The notes below the pieces were generated by a model that searched no databases, was not told the origin of the DNA, and worked only from the letters and a program-made list of their open reading frames with translations. A stretch of DNA of 64,000 nt from the human T2T-CHM13v2.0 reference genome, Homo sapiens, in the NCBI RefSeq assembly GCF_009914755.1, contig NC_060938.1; one strand, given 5' to 3'. The translations under genes were made by a program, and so were the position numbers. Shown here in pieces: positions 15,377 through 30,297 of this stretch. How positions within the stretch are numbered: the stretch's first letter is position 1; each line of letters starts with the position of its first letter.

Positions 15377-16667
15377 TTTTCTGACTACAGAGAAGAGAAA
15401 GAAAAGAGAAAAAAATTACATTACCAAAGAACAAAATCAAGTAATAAAACATGTCCAACACATGGCAGTGTCTTAGTCTTCAGAGGCTAAGATCTTACCT
15501 TACATGAAGTTTTCTTCCAGAAAAAGAAATGTGTAGTATTAGTATCTAGAGGTTCTCAAATGGGAAAAAAAAAACTCTGCTTTGTAGTCTCTGGAAGAAA
15601 AGTTCGTTCTTTTTCACCTACAAAAACTATAGTAGAGCAAATTTTACTCTAGATTTTTTTTTAATTACATAGATTTCACTGTGCAGACTAACATATTCCA
15701 GGATACTAGAGAGATAAAACCCATGCATACATCATACACATATGGGCATAAAGACCTATATATTCTCTCCCCACTTTGCCTTAAAATAATCATTTCCCAT
15801 TAACCATAACTGTATCATAAGCAACTGATCACACTCTCTGGACAAATGCTGAAGACGTTTTAGAGCTGGAAGAAACTCTGGCGAGCTAGTCTAACTCCTG
15901 CATTTTGCTCCATGGGAAATCCCAAGCACCTTGCCTGGGATTTCACAGGAAGCTGATGGCAGACCCGGGACTTGAACGAGGTCTCCCGTCGCATTCCAGT
16001 GTGCCACACACGGGTCCTCTGCGGGCATGTGAGAAATGATGAGCATATTTTCACACGCAGATGAGACCATGTGGTATAGGACACGCCATGGTGTCCTGGG
16101 TAAAGACCCTATGAGATAATGCTTGCTTGCAAGTGCTTTTAACAATAGGTCTCAAAGAAAGTAAGGGACATGGATGTGTGAAGAATGGCGGGGGGGGGCG
16201 GCATTCAAAGACAGGGACAGGACTAGAAGCGTGAGGGAAGCACAGTGAGGAAGGGAACCCGGCTGGAGAGGGGGTCTCTAGGGAAGCCTAGCGAGGCAGC
16301 CACTCAAGACAGGGTGATAGTCACTGCCAGAGGAGTCTGGCTTTGATTCTCCAGAGACAAGGGGCTAAGATCATGACCAAGGAAGATGGAAAAAGTGTCC
16401 AGCCAAGAAGCTGGTAGGGCGATCCATAAGCTAATGAATAACAAACCACCACGAGGATGGCCTCCAGGAGCCCCAGTCAGTTACACTTTATCTCAAGTGA
16501 GAATCAAAAAGCAGACTTTGGTCCATTTGTTTTTTACAAAAAGTGGTAACTATCACCATGTGAAGAACTATGCTAGGACAAAGGTTTAAAACATATTCTC
16601 CCACTATACAGATGATCATTGACTCTGCTGTAACTGAGTCCATGCAAATATGGCCATGTGCTAAAAC

Positions 16668-16838
16668 AGTAGGACATCACATTATTTAACAGGCTAACGT
16701 GTGTATCTTCTCTTATGTATCTAACGTATAAAGAATAATGTGTAACACATTAATATAATAAGTCTTCTAAAAATCAGTGTAAAATACACAGTGTCAGTCA
16801 TCCTGGAATAAAAGGAAACTGGTAAAAATACATAAAAC
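16668..16838 (+). repeat. 171-bp dispersed direct repeat, copy 1
   Basis: Ungapped alignment to 17971-18141, ~18 mismatches by hand count. Confidence 0.95.
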
Positions 16839-17970
16839 TTTTGCAGCAATACAAGGAATTTTTTTTCTGTGATCAAAAGCAGAAAATTTAAGTGAGGGGA
16901 GGGCAGGATGACAGACAGCTTAAGCACCTTTTCCTATGCTTAAGAAATGTCTTCTTAGAAGAGAAAAAAATCTCCCCATGGTTCTGGCTCACAGCCAAGA
17001 GCAAGGGCACAGCCTGGACACAGCACCTCCACCCTTCTGGGCATTTCAGGCTTCCTATATCTGCGGAGGGCATCTCTGGAGGACCATCGAACTTGACCTG
17101 AAAATAACTAAAACCACCAAGGAGTCTGGTAATAAGGACGTTAATCACACTTCCAAATATAGTGGGTCTGCTGGCTTGGCAGGAGGAGACGCAGAAGCAT
17201 CCTGTCAGCAATGGCTTAGCTGGCCTCTCCCTTCAGCCTTGCCTGAAAGACCTTCTGCTGTGGGAGCCTGTAAACGAGGCAAGAACGTCACTTTGATGAG
17301 GAGCTCCAAGACCCTTTCCCTTCTCTTAACAGTAAGTGAGCCTGGGACAGGGCTGTTCTGCACCGGCCCTCACAGGGTGCCCACCAACAGCTACAAAACA
17401 GGCTCTATTCGCTCTGCCTGCAGCCCCTCACCTCCTCCAAAGTCTTCTCTCAGCGATCCACCCAACTCCAGTTGCTCATTGATGTAACAGCAGCTGTTCC
17501 CTGGAGCTCAGTATTTACCCTCTGCCAGGTGCTGGACTAAGACAGAGCTCTTCATTTGATCTTCCTCGCACTTTAAGCAGTAGATACCATCCTCATCTTT
17601 CAGATGACATTGTCAGAAAGGTTAAGTCCCTTCTCTTTGTCCAAGGTCATGCATCAGGTAAGAGGTACAGCTAGAATCTGAACCCAGAACCACTACCACA
17701 CTGCCTCTGTTTAAATACAGATTTAAAAAAAAAAAAAAAAAAGTACATGGCAGCAGGTCTTCCAGATCAAATACCATGGGATATGGCCCCACACCCCGCC
17801 ACAACCCTGCCAGCAGCCACTCAGCCCACACCTAGGCAGCTCCAGCCACTTCCTCCTGCACCTCCTGAACGAGTCCTCATGGTTAGACCCTAACACTAGT
17901 CTCGTACATCTCCCTGCCCAAGCCTGTCCCTGCTGCTTAAATCTACCCTCACGCTGCCACCACCCTAAAT

Positions 17971-18141
17971 AGTAGGAAATCACATTATTTAACAGGCTAA
18001 CATTGCTATCTTCTCTTATGTATCTAATGTATAAAGAATAATGTGTAACATGTTAATCTAATAAGTCTCCTAAAAATCAGTGTAAAATATACAGGGTCAG
18101 TCACCCTGGAATAAAAGGAAACCAGCAAAAATATGTAAAAC
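17971..18141 (+). repeat. 171-bp dispersed direct repeat, copy 2
   Basis: Offset 1303 bp from copy 1; ORFs 16721 and 18024 translate similarly (VYFTLIFRRLI). Confidence 0.95.
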
Positions 18142-18999
18142 ACCCTCCCAGCAACACCAAGGGCTCCCAGTCCCTCTACAGACGTCATCATGTACCTCCT
18201 ATCTCTGCCTCCCCCGTTCACCCCTTGACTGTAATATTTTAGTCACTTATTCACTAACTCTTGGTTCTCTCTAAAAATGCTGTCCAGGAATCCCCTTAAA
18301 GTCTACCTGGTCCCCCTAGTCACAATCTTCTCTTCTCTGCACCTCTGCAATTCCTTGTATGTTCTCCCATTATTGCTGGGCCCCACTGTACTAAAAGACG
18401 TGCTCACATACCAGCATCCCTTCAGGTAACAGGCTCCTTGAGGACATACAGCCTAGGCCTCAACACATGGCAGGTGCTACACAGAGGATGCCGCCCTGAG
18501 CTCCCAGGGAAGAGCATCTGCACAGGTCTTAGGTCAGGTTACAATCCTCATTTCTGAAGCTTCTACCCAGGTTTCCATCCCCTTGGAACAGACAGGAAAT
18601 GTCTAATTCCTGCTCCGCGTGACAGACCATTAAAAATATGGTTACAATGATTTGAAAACAAAATACATTCCGTTGACAGTAATTCTACAGTCGAGTACTT
18701 GTAACTCCAATTGTTCTCAAGATTTCTTTTTTAAGCCAGAAAACTGCTGGCTCTTAGAATGAGTAACAAACAGGTGTATAATTACAGCAGAGGTGTAACT
18801 TCAAAACACACCAGTACATTAGCCCCTGGGAAGGCAGATATGCTAGAACGCAATCTTCAAAAGTCCTGTTGGGTGATGTTTATGCAGTCACTGAAGCCAC
18901 TCCTAGCTAAGACCCTCATCTCCAGCTCTTTCAATCCCTTCGTGATTCATTTCCCTGCCTACAAGTCCTCCCCGACCACAATGTCAACAGTCAGCCTTA

Positions 19000-19329
<330 letters not shown>

Positions 19330-21029
19330 TACAAACCGCATAGTGCACGAATTCATGGACTCATCCCCATGCATGCAAGGCCCCAGCCTTGCAGAAGGCA
19401 GCAAACACACCAGTCCTTGCCAGCAGTCCTGACGAACCCTTTCACAACCAGTCCTTCCCCCAGTAGCCCACATTTCAACTTCTATTACCGATTAGTTCTG
19501 CCTATTCTTAAACTTCATATAAGTGGAATTCTACACTGTGTAGGTTTCTTTCGCTCACACGTCTTTCCACAGCTCACGGGATAATGCGTAACCTCCCTAG
19601 CAAGGTCTTCGAGGACTGAACTGCCTCACTCTATTTTACATGTCCAGCTTCATCCTACCTTTACACAACACAGCTCCAGGGGACTGCTCATGTTCCTCCC
19701 TTTTTCTGGAATGCAGCTATCCCACTGCCTGTCCCCTTGTCTTCTCCTGGCAAGATTTTTCACATACTTTGAGGCTCTACCGAAATGTCCCCTGTGGCAT
19801 TAAGGGAAACTCTAGACTCTTCCATGCAACCCTCACGCCCAACAAAGTCAGTAAGAAAGGGTCAAACTCAAGGTTATTACAGATGCTAAAGAGTTGGCTT
19901 ATATTGGGATTCTGTCTTTTGGCAAACTCTTTGGGCTGTTTCTCTCCCACGGGGATACAGGCTATAAGGTAGAAAAAGTGGCTAGCCTAGGTTAGGCAGA
20001 AAGAATCTTGTCTTAATTAAGGATGGGGGCAGGGGGGCTGCCTATCCTTCTTCCAGTAAATGTATCTCCCTAGGGCACAGGATCCTAGACCCAAGCCATC
20101 TCCTCAATCTGTTCCCCCCAAAAACAAGTTTCCAGGGCTCTTCCAGTAAGCCTCCCCACTGGCTGGGTCTACCCTGTCCGAGGGCTCTCCTCAGTCCCCT
20201 GTACCCTGAATCCCAGGCAGTCGGGCGTGAACTTAAGTCACTGAAGGCAAGTGTTTCTCGGTACCAGTTCTGTAACCCATCTACTATGAACTTGGAACCA
20301 TCACTGTCTGTAAGATTCCTTTGTCTCTGGGTTCAGTATGGTTTGGCACTAATTCTAGTATTTCTGGGACACCCCTAACTCAAAGCACCTTGAAGGCAGA
20401 CGCCCTATATGTACTCCGTTCAGCCCTAAAACATCAGGTTTTCATGTGGGTTTGCCAGCTCCCCACATCCCACCTTCCCTCAGCCCCCTGGCCTGGCTGT
20501 CATTCCCTGACATACACACTCTTCGCTCTGTTACTTCAGCCGAAATGCCCTGACCCCTTGGTGAGTATATCAGGGTCCTCCACCTAAAATTTACCTGGCT
20601 AAAACCCCACCTCACTAACAAGGTCTCCTCACCACACTTCCACAGCACAGTCCCTGAACCTCTGTGACCTCACCCACTGCAGTCTAAACTCTTTTACCCA
20701 CTGTCTTGTGGCAGAAAAAAAACCAAAGCTTCCATCTCTATATTACCCATAGGATCTAATATAGTGTCACAGACACATAGAAGGTCAAAATTTGTTGAGT
20801 AAAAGAAAATCTTTGGATAGTATATTTGAATATATTGGTGTTACCAATTTTCACATTGCTCCCAACAGTGATTAAACAGTAGTCAAAATGAAACATTTAC
20901 TGAATATTTAATTCTACTAATGAACTATGATAATTCTTAGAAGTAAAAACACAAATTTATATAGAGAGATGTAGATAATTAGAGATAGATTGGCCATACC
21001 ATGAAGGACAGGGGTTAGGGTTACGCTTA

Positions 21030-21222
<193 letters not shown>

Positions 21223-23591
21223 CTTTTTTAAAGATGATCTCTTTTCAAAATCCAGTTTTAGATAGAAAAGCTTTAGGACATTACATTTAATAAGAGAGAC
21301 TCTGAAAAACACACTGGAATTTTTAAAGCATTATTGGTCTTTAGAAAGCAATAAAGCAGGAATTAGTCTGTTTCTGATAGAAAAGGAAAGCTTACGGCCC
21401 AAGCACAGGGAAAAGCTCCATGGGCACTTGTGACCAAGGACACGAGCATCCGCCCACGACCTCCCTGCATCCCCACCATAGCCCACTGAGGCCGGCAGTG
21501 ACCACAGCCAGTTGTCAGGAGGCTTAGAGAGGGCTGTGACTTGGCCAAGAGACCACAGCTGCCAAGCAGCAAACCCATAGCTTCAAACCTGAAATCCTGC
21601 ATTAGCTCCAGCATATAGGTGGACTCTAAGTATACGCAAGCTTGATTAAACTAAGCTGCACAACGTCTCTCTGCCTATACTATGTTCGCTGTTGCAGAAG
21701 ACAACAAAATTGGACAAAACCAGGCCTGCAGTTCCCAAGGATGAGGCTGGGAAACCAAGACTCACACTCAAAGCAGCATGGATAATTCCTAAAACACATA
21801 AGTAACTAAACATAGAAGGGCAAGAAATAAAGTACAATTCAAGAAGGATGACTAAATTTTAAGATTCAGTGTGAGGTGTTAGTATCCAGTATGTGTGGTT
21901 TCCTAAATTCACCCAATATTGCCTTCTTTTAGCAATCAAAAAAGATTCATGCCATGTAAGTTCCCCAACCTTATGGATTTAAATAACTACCCTTTTCATT
22001 TATGATTCAAAAGTCTGTTATATACCGTGAATAACTTTCATGATCATTTCAGCTGAATTTGGGGCTAAATTACAAGTTTAAACAAATGAGACACTCAAAT
22101 AGGTATTCTGAACATACTTCATGCTCTTCATGAAAAAAATATATTAAACATTCATCAATTTCCCACAAAGACCAAATGTTTATTTTCAATAATTATTTCC
22201 AATATTTATATTAGGAAAATATAAATGCATACTGAATTAATTATATGTGCATACACATACGAACTCAAGTTAAATTACAGATATTAGCCAGAAGGTACAA
22301 TGCTAACTCAAAAATTTTTTTCCACAAAGTTTAGACTGAAATCAGGTATAATTTACAAATACTTACTGAATTATCTTAAAGAAAACAGGAAAATAGGACC
22401 AAAAAAATGATTTAAATAATACTTAAGACAAAAGAAAATACGAAGAGTAGCAATACAAGATTGATACATGAATTATACAATTATAGTTAGTCATTCAGAG
22501 GAAGGGGTATCTATAAAAAGGAACAGCTAAGCCAAGAGTTTCACACATATCTACATTTCTTCACCATCAAGATATTTTTAAAATCTACAGAATCTTCAAA
22601 CTTTGGCCCTTTAAAACACCACATACCACTTACAAGTCCACCAACAACCTCCCCATCTAACAGACAAGACACACTTTAGAAGACAGAGAAATGAATGACA
22701 AACTCAATTATTATTTAAAGTGCTGACTAATATACAGGGGCATCTGTAATCAACCACCACCTCTGCCAATCAAGCGATTCTTTTCCATCGAATCTGAATC
22801 GTGGAATAAATGGGTCAGGAGAAACAAGAAAGCACATTTAGTGACCTTGGCTAATGTGGGCAGTGGGAGCGGAGGTGGGGTAAGGGGTGCTAAATACCTA
22901 ACCCATTTTTACAAAGTATAGTTCACACATAATGAACTGATTTGGATGTAATTCACTTGCATTTTTTTTCAAACACTCTAAATGGAAAGGATATTTATTT
23001 GTGTATTTCTTGAGTTCCCTCGAAAATGCTGCTTTCAACTAAACAGAACTAGAATAAACATTTTTGATTACACTTATCTGGCAATTTATCCAGGAAACCT
23101 TAGCTCAAGCACAGCATCTGTTTTTCAATGTATCCTGCATTGACCCAACTTCACAGCTGGGTTGACTAAGGGAGGGAATGGTCCTAAGGATGGCTTCCTC
23201 CACCTCAGGCTCTCAGCTGTAAAGCACACTCGAGAGAGTGTGAGGGCCTAATCTTCATGTAGGAAGAATAGGAAATACTCTTTTCTCACTCTTACTAAAA
23301 TACTTTGCCGGCCATCAGGATCAGATTACTACATTCAGAATTAAATACACAAATTACAGGATGACGAGTTAGGAAAATGAAGGCACTCCCAAACTGAAAA
23401 GGATTTAATTGTACAATGTTTCCTTTCCTACAGATACCGATAAAGTGCCATGGTACCGTGTTAGCTGAAACTTATACATATCAGAAACGTGTTCTGGCTT
23501 TGCACAGTAGCAGGGCCTAGTAGCAGCGCCATGCCATACCAACTCATACCAGTTTACACGGCTAACCGGCACCTATCATTCCAATCTTCTA

Positions 23592-23959
<368 letters not shown>

Positions 23960-24151
23960 TCAAGGCAAGCAGGCAGGGAAGAAGGTGGAATTAATTTCAA
24001 CTCAGTAACTACTTAAGTACCAAGATGTATAAAGATCTATAAATTGCATGCAAATAAAATTTTAATTTGATCAAAATTTAATCTTGATACAGAACAATTT
24101 GGGCTGTCCCATGTAAGTATTATAACTTGAGATTTTAAAAATACAGTTGTT

Positions 24152-24422
24152 GGCCAGGCACAGTGGCTCATGCCTGTAATCCCAGCATTTTGGGAGGCCG
24201 AGGCGGACGGATCGCCTGAGGTCAGGAGTTCAAGACCAGCCTGGCCAACACAGTGAAACCCTGTCTCTACTAAAAATAGTCCCAGTTACTTGGGAAGCTG
24301 AGGTACAAGAATCACTTGAATCCAGGAGGCAAAGGTTGCAATGAGCCAAGATCGTGCCACTGCACTCCAGCCTGGGCCACAGAGCAAGACTGTGTCTCAA
24401 AAATAAATAAATAAATAAAAAA
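24152..24422 (+). mobile_element. Alu (AluS-like, deletion after the linker)
   Basis: Alu sequence; TSD acagttgtt. Confidence 0.93.
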
Positions 24423-27041
24423 GCACAGTTGTTGCTTTTCGCAATTTTTTTTTTTTGCTATTTTTCCACTAACACAATAATTTTAGAAATAACTAAACAT
24501 TTCTGACTGACTTTTCATTACATAGTAGGTTTTAGTTTTAAACTGCCATTGAATGAAGTTGCAAATAAATTAACATGAGGTTCCTATTTAATGGAAGTTA
24601 CCAAAAAAACCTTTTGTAAAGCAAAAAATCATTGGGTATCATGAATAATCATTTCCTATTATATCTTTCTAAAATAAAAAAGACAATGTTATGTGTGAAG
24701 AAACAGCTGTAATCCGTCAAGAAATTACCTTCAAACCACCCACATTCCTTAACATGAGGATTCTGGATTCTAAAACCAAGGAGCAACAGGATTAGAGGAG
24801 ACCTCTGGGGTTATGTATAGTAGCTCTCAATCCCACGCGTGTTTAAGATCATGGTGCCGGATGTTATGGAGCAGTCACGATCAGTACTTCACCTGATCCA
24901 AGTCTGAGAAGGATATAAGACAGGCAGGACAGAGAGAGCGTGTTATTCCTGATTAACAAACACAGCCTAAGGCAGATTGCCAGTAAGAGAAAAAGGCAGC
25001 TCCAAAGCTTCGCCTTTAGGCGGCCAGCAGAGCTGCACGTTCACTTCCAAGGCAATCTCCTGCTTTGTGAGCCCCTCCAGTACGATATTGCAGAGAAGTT
25101 CACCATCCTCTCTGACCTGTCAGCTTTTGTGTCTCCCCAAAGTTTTGTCTTCTCCAGGCTTAATGTGCCCCTCATTACTACATATTTCTCAAAAGTGAGC
25201 AAAACCACTTAAGCATATTATACTTCAATGAACTGTTTTTTTTTAAAGTCAACAAAACCCTTCAGATGTGCTCTGAGATGGACTACCCACCTTCCTGGAA
25301 CTCAAAGAAATTTGACTAATATTCCTAAGACTGCCCTAGCTTTTCTATGAGCCCAGTGAATTCATTCCCTCATTCCTGCACATTTCCTGAGAATCTAATC
25401 TCAAACACGAAGATGATGCAACATGGTCCCATAGCCTTTAGGACAAGACAGTAATCAACTAAAGCCTTTCGTGATCTTCAGCAAGATAAATGTGCTATAT
25501 TCAACAACTGAGTTTTTGAACCTAAATGCAACTATTCATGCTGTCATGTTATTTCAGGATCATCCTTGCCATGTCCTGTGTCCTATGGAAGTTCTCCAAT
25601 ATGATCGTCCCCATCACAATCATGTCATTTGGGCATTTATTATATGATCAGGAATTGAGGTAAGCATTTTACACAATATAAGATAGGTATTAACAAGTCC
25701 CCTTCACAGATGAGAAAGCTGACGCTTACGGAGACTGATTAATTTATGCAAAATGATAGACTCAGTTTGTGTCAGAGCCTCACCAGCACACCTCAATGAC
25801 AAATCTTACTGATAATAATATTTCATGAGTTCGGCTCAAAACCAACCCATTTATGAGAGCTCCAAAGGTTCACTGTTATCGCTAATATTCAAAATACTAT
25901 TCCCTTGCACTGATAAAACATACGCATGTAAAGGTTTTATTTTTTGGCCTTTTAAAAGTATAGTTATTTTGCTGGCTTTGTCCAAATACATAGGAGGAGC
26001 TGCAGGTTAAATTTGGGACATGGGCAAAACTTCCAAAAGAGCTTCCATCCAGTCCACCATATCTGCAATGCCACATTTTTGTTGCAGGGAAAAACGCAGA
26101 ACCATGAGGTGACCATGACATGCAGCGAAGCTAAATTTTTACAAACAACAAATCAAAAATGTTATTAGACACTAGTAAATATTTTATGGTAAAAGCAGCT
26201 TTTATAAGTATTTGTCAACACTAATCTTTACTTCCTCTCAAATATGTGTAATAGAAAACTGCTGATATTGAAAAGGCATGTCTATTTTCTGAGACTGAAC
26301 ATTGTAAACCATTTAGTCGGAAGACTTTCTTAGACCTGTTATGTCCTGATGAATTGTATTCTTAAAAAATGGAACGTGAAACTCAGGATCATAGATAGTA
26401 ATAAACCTAAGTGTATATTTTATTAAGAGTTCTATGTATCATATATTTTTGTCAATTAAAAACTAAAAATAAAAAGTTCCGTGTAGACACTTGATTATCT
26501 ACATTCTCTAGACAATTTTTTTTGTCCTTCTAAAAAACAGTGGAAACATTTCTTCCTGCTCTGTCCCTCTGCCCTCCCCTACTTCCCCATCCCAGTACTG
26601 AGGTTAGGCTTGCAAAAGGCTAATGATTCACTTTGGCTTAGTAATCAGTAGATCCCTTTCAAAATCTTAACTTCAAAGATAGATGTGTCTTCCATTGTCA
26701 ACCAAGACTGTTTGGACTCACTAGTTCACTTCTACTTGGAAAGTACTTGATAGAAGAAAAAAAAAATTGCAAAGTCTTAACTTTGGTATTTGAATTTTAT
26801 AATCATTTGGAATCAGTTTTCTTCCATTCAAATTTATCTCAGTCGAAACTGTTCAATATCTGTGTTTTTATCTCGTTTTTACAGTCTGTTTATATCCAAA
26901 ACTTAGAGGAGACTCCCAAGTGGAAACGGGGTCAACACAGCTAATCTCTGGCTTGAGTTAAAAAGCAAGACTTCTTAATCTTGCAGATGCTAAATTTTTT
27001 TTCAAAAGACTGTTAAGTAACTTTTTAAAAAGCCAAGTCTC

Positions 27042-27333
27042 AGCCCAGTGCGGTGGCTCACGCCTGTAATCCCAGCACTTTGGGAGGCTGAGGTGGGCGG
27101 ATCATCTCAGGTCGGGAGTTCCAGACCAGCCTGACCAACATGGAGAAACCCTTTCTCTATTAAAAATACAAAATTAGCCAGGCGTGGTGGCGCATGCCTG
27201 TAATCCCAGCTGCTCAGAGGCTGAGGCAAGAGAATGAACCCAGGAAGCAGAGGTTGCGGTGAGCCGAGATCACGACATTGCACTCCAGCCTCGGCAACAA
27301 GAGCGAAACTCCATCTCAAAAAAAAAAAAAAAA
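27042..27333 (+). mobile_element. Alu (AluSp-like)
   Basis: ggtcgggagtt / catggagaaacc diagnostics; TSD aaaagccaagtctc. Confidence 0.94.
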
Positions 27334-30297
27334 GCCAAGTCTCAACTTCTTTGTAATAGGAAAATATATTAATATATATTAATATTTTGATAGAAATTTT
27401 TTACCTTGAGAGTAAATATTATGTAAATTAATTCTATTTGCATATCAAATTAGTTAACCTCTCCAATTTATGAATAGAAAAATGAGATGATAAAAGGAAA
27501 TCCAATGACAGAAATCCATTGTAAAGGCAACAGAAGTGAAAACTATAGAAAACTGAAAAAGCAAGACTCTTTATTCTAATACTCTCGACTGGTTAAATAT
27601 GACCCAAAACAAACTGTTACCCAGATAAACACTTCTATGACTATAGCAGGAGAGAAAAGATGCACGGCTAATCAAAAGATTTTTCACTGATAAAAAAAGG
27701 GCCCAAAAATAAGGGTAGGTAATTGAGAAAGCAAATATTATAACTGGCCACAAGCAACATCCAAAGTAATATAAGAATAAAGATAAGTTCACCGTTCTGT
27801 TAAAAACATTTAATGCCATAGCAATAAATGACTCCGAGTTCTCTTTGAGGGAACAAAGTCACCACTCCATTCCCAGGACTTCGGTCCAAGGGAAAGAAAC
27901 ACACTTGAAACTCTTCCTCTCCACCCTCAACAGAAGCACAAGGCACAGCAGCCAGGGAACAGGCAAACCAGTCTCTAAAGATAAATAACCTCTCAGAGAA
28001 GGATATTCATCCAACTACACAAAAGAAAGATACAGTATTACTAGTTACAGTTCTAAACCCTACTTCGGATTTGTGATAAGAAAAAAGACTCTATGTAATT
28101 AAAACATTGAAGAAAACTGGTACGCCTCAAACTACACTGACATCTAGTCACAAAGCATTCAGAGTAACCCTGACTTGGAGGTAGGATTTTTGCTCATATT
28201 TTTACTACAACTCTACACAGCACAAACTATGCACCTGGTTTTCATTGAATTCAATGATTGTCTACTAAATATTCACTCCAAGCAAGCCTCCGTCGCTGAT
28301 GGTCATACCTTCCCCGGCGCCGTCATCCTGTCATTCTCCTCCAGGCAGGAGAGTACTGTGTTCCAAGGAGGCTGTTGTGACCGTTTATCAGAACTCTCAA
28401 AACCAAAACAGTTGTCCAGTGGTTAAGCTTTAAATAGGAAAAATATCACCTCCATATTTTTCTCATTATCCAGTGGCTTCTAAAGCAAAAGCTTAATTAT
28501 CATTTAAAATGTGGCCTAAATGTCCACGGCACGGAAGAGCAGCGCAGCAGCCATCACTTTCTTACTGACAGTCACTGTGCTCTTACAAGAAGCTTTCGCT
28601 ATAACCGTACATACAGACATAAGACGTTCTAATCTTCAAATCCAACACCACTCCAATTCCAGGAAAAAAAAGCACTGAGATGTTAGCACACTGGAGAAGC
28701 AACCATTTTACTCCTTCAGACTACAGTTCCATTTCAGATATTAACTTACAATCACTTGGAGGGCAGACAGGAAAGGGGTAGCAGAAGGCTAAAATCCAAG
28801 GTTGTCTGGGGTCCCAATAAAGAGGTTCTGTAGCTGTTTGAGAACTTGGCTTTGCAAACTACTTTCTTAGGCCGAAGAAAAACTCCTCGGTAAACTGTTG
28901 GAATTTCACCAAAGTATCAATCACGGCAGCCCTTGGGACTAATCCAGTACTGCTGGACTTTCACGCATGGTAGCCCGTATAAACACAGTACATACAGCAA
29001 GGTTCAAGCAAGTCTTGGCAAATTTTAACAGTGGAGAGGAAGACTGCTTTATTTTGCTATATTCTTGGGTTAAATGTATTCGCTTAAAATAATAAACACT
29101 TCTCCGAGATTATTACTGGTTAGTTCAGTTTTGAAATACTGGCAAGGTCATTTCAAGAAGAAAAACGGGAGAGGGAGAGGTATATTTTACATAAGATAAA
29201 ATTCACACTTTTCAGTGTCCGGTTCTGAGTTCTGACAAACGCATTTATAGTGGCCTCATCAGCACCACAATCAGGCTACGAAGATGGGGTAACTCTTCGA
29301 GGATTCTTAAAAGCAAAATTGATTTGTCAGCATACTTTAAAAGTATTTTTGCTTTTGAAACATCACCTTATTTATTTAGAAAAGCAAAATAACACGGTCC
29401 GAGTGGTCCTAACCCGCGAATGCCTTTGCAACACTGAAATGCCCTCCTCCCAACACCGGCCGGGCAGGGGTGAGCCCCGCAGCCAGGGGCGCGCGTCACT
29501 GTCAGCTCCTTTTCCCAAGTGGAGACCGGGAAAAGACAAGAGTTGCATCGCCGGGCTGGAGCCACGAGGAGGAAGAGTTAACGCCGGAATGACAAACTCT
29601 AAAGCACCGAATTGCCTCTCCCTAGTAGGGCACTGCGCGTGTGGAGCACGGCCAGGGGCGCGTGGGAAGAAAGACGACCTATTTCCTACGTCCGTCTTCC
29701 TAACTGGACGGCGCGGGAGGAGGCGGGGGCTGGTCCCCGGGCACGCTGGTGGGCACCGAGAACTCGCAGAGAGGAACATAAAACCGCACAGCCTTCCCCG
29801 AGCAGCGGGTTGACGGGAGGAAGGAAGGAAATGGGAGCGCGACCCGGCCGCGCGCAGAGCCGAGCCGACTAGCGCGAGGGGCCCGGGCCCCACCCGAGAG
29901 CAGGCGCGAGGGCCGGGGACAGGGGGGCAAGCTCGGGGAGAGCGCTGCCTGCACCTGGCACCACCTCGAGACCGGGTGGCGCGGGGCCCGGGAGCGTGGG
30001 CGCCAGAGGGGACAGGGCAGCGGCGAGCGCGCGCCTCTCGCCCCGCAGGGCGCCCGGGCAGAGGCCGACCGGCGCCCTCCGACCCCGCCGGGCCCTCCTC
30101 GCCCTGGCCCCCGAGCGCACACCTGCCCCTTCAAGCCCCGGGGCCACAGCGGCCGGCGGGGACCCTGGCGGGGGCGCGGGCCGGACTTCGGCCGAGGGGC
30201 GCTGGCCAGGGCGAGGGACGGCCTCGCAGAGCTCGGAGACGCGGCGCGAGTTTCCCCCGCGGGCCGCGCGGGCGCAGAGACCGCCGCCAGCACTCAC

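Noticed and set aside
16936-17487. 183-aa plus-strand ORF between the two 171-bp repeats
   Set aside because: Antisense to the SETD3 intron, no recognisable homology or splice context; compatible with chance
21012-21023. GGGTTAGGGTTA telomere-like 12-mer
   Set aside because: No reference consensus showing it is an insertion; may be chance
27366-27385. Perfect 20-bp palindrome atattaatatatattaatat
   Set aside because: Pure AT low-complexity sequence, common by slippage
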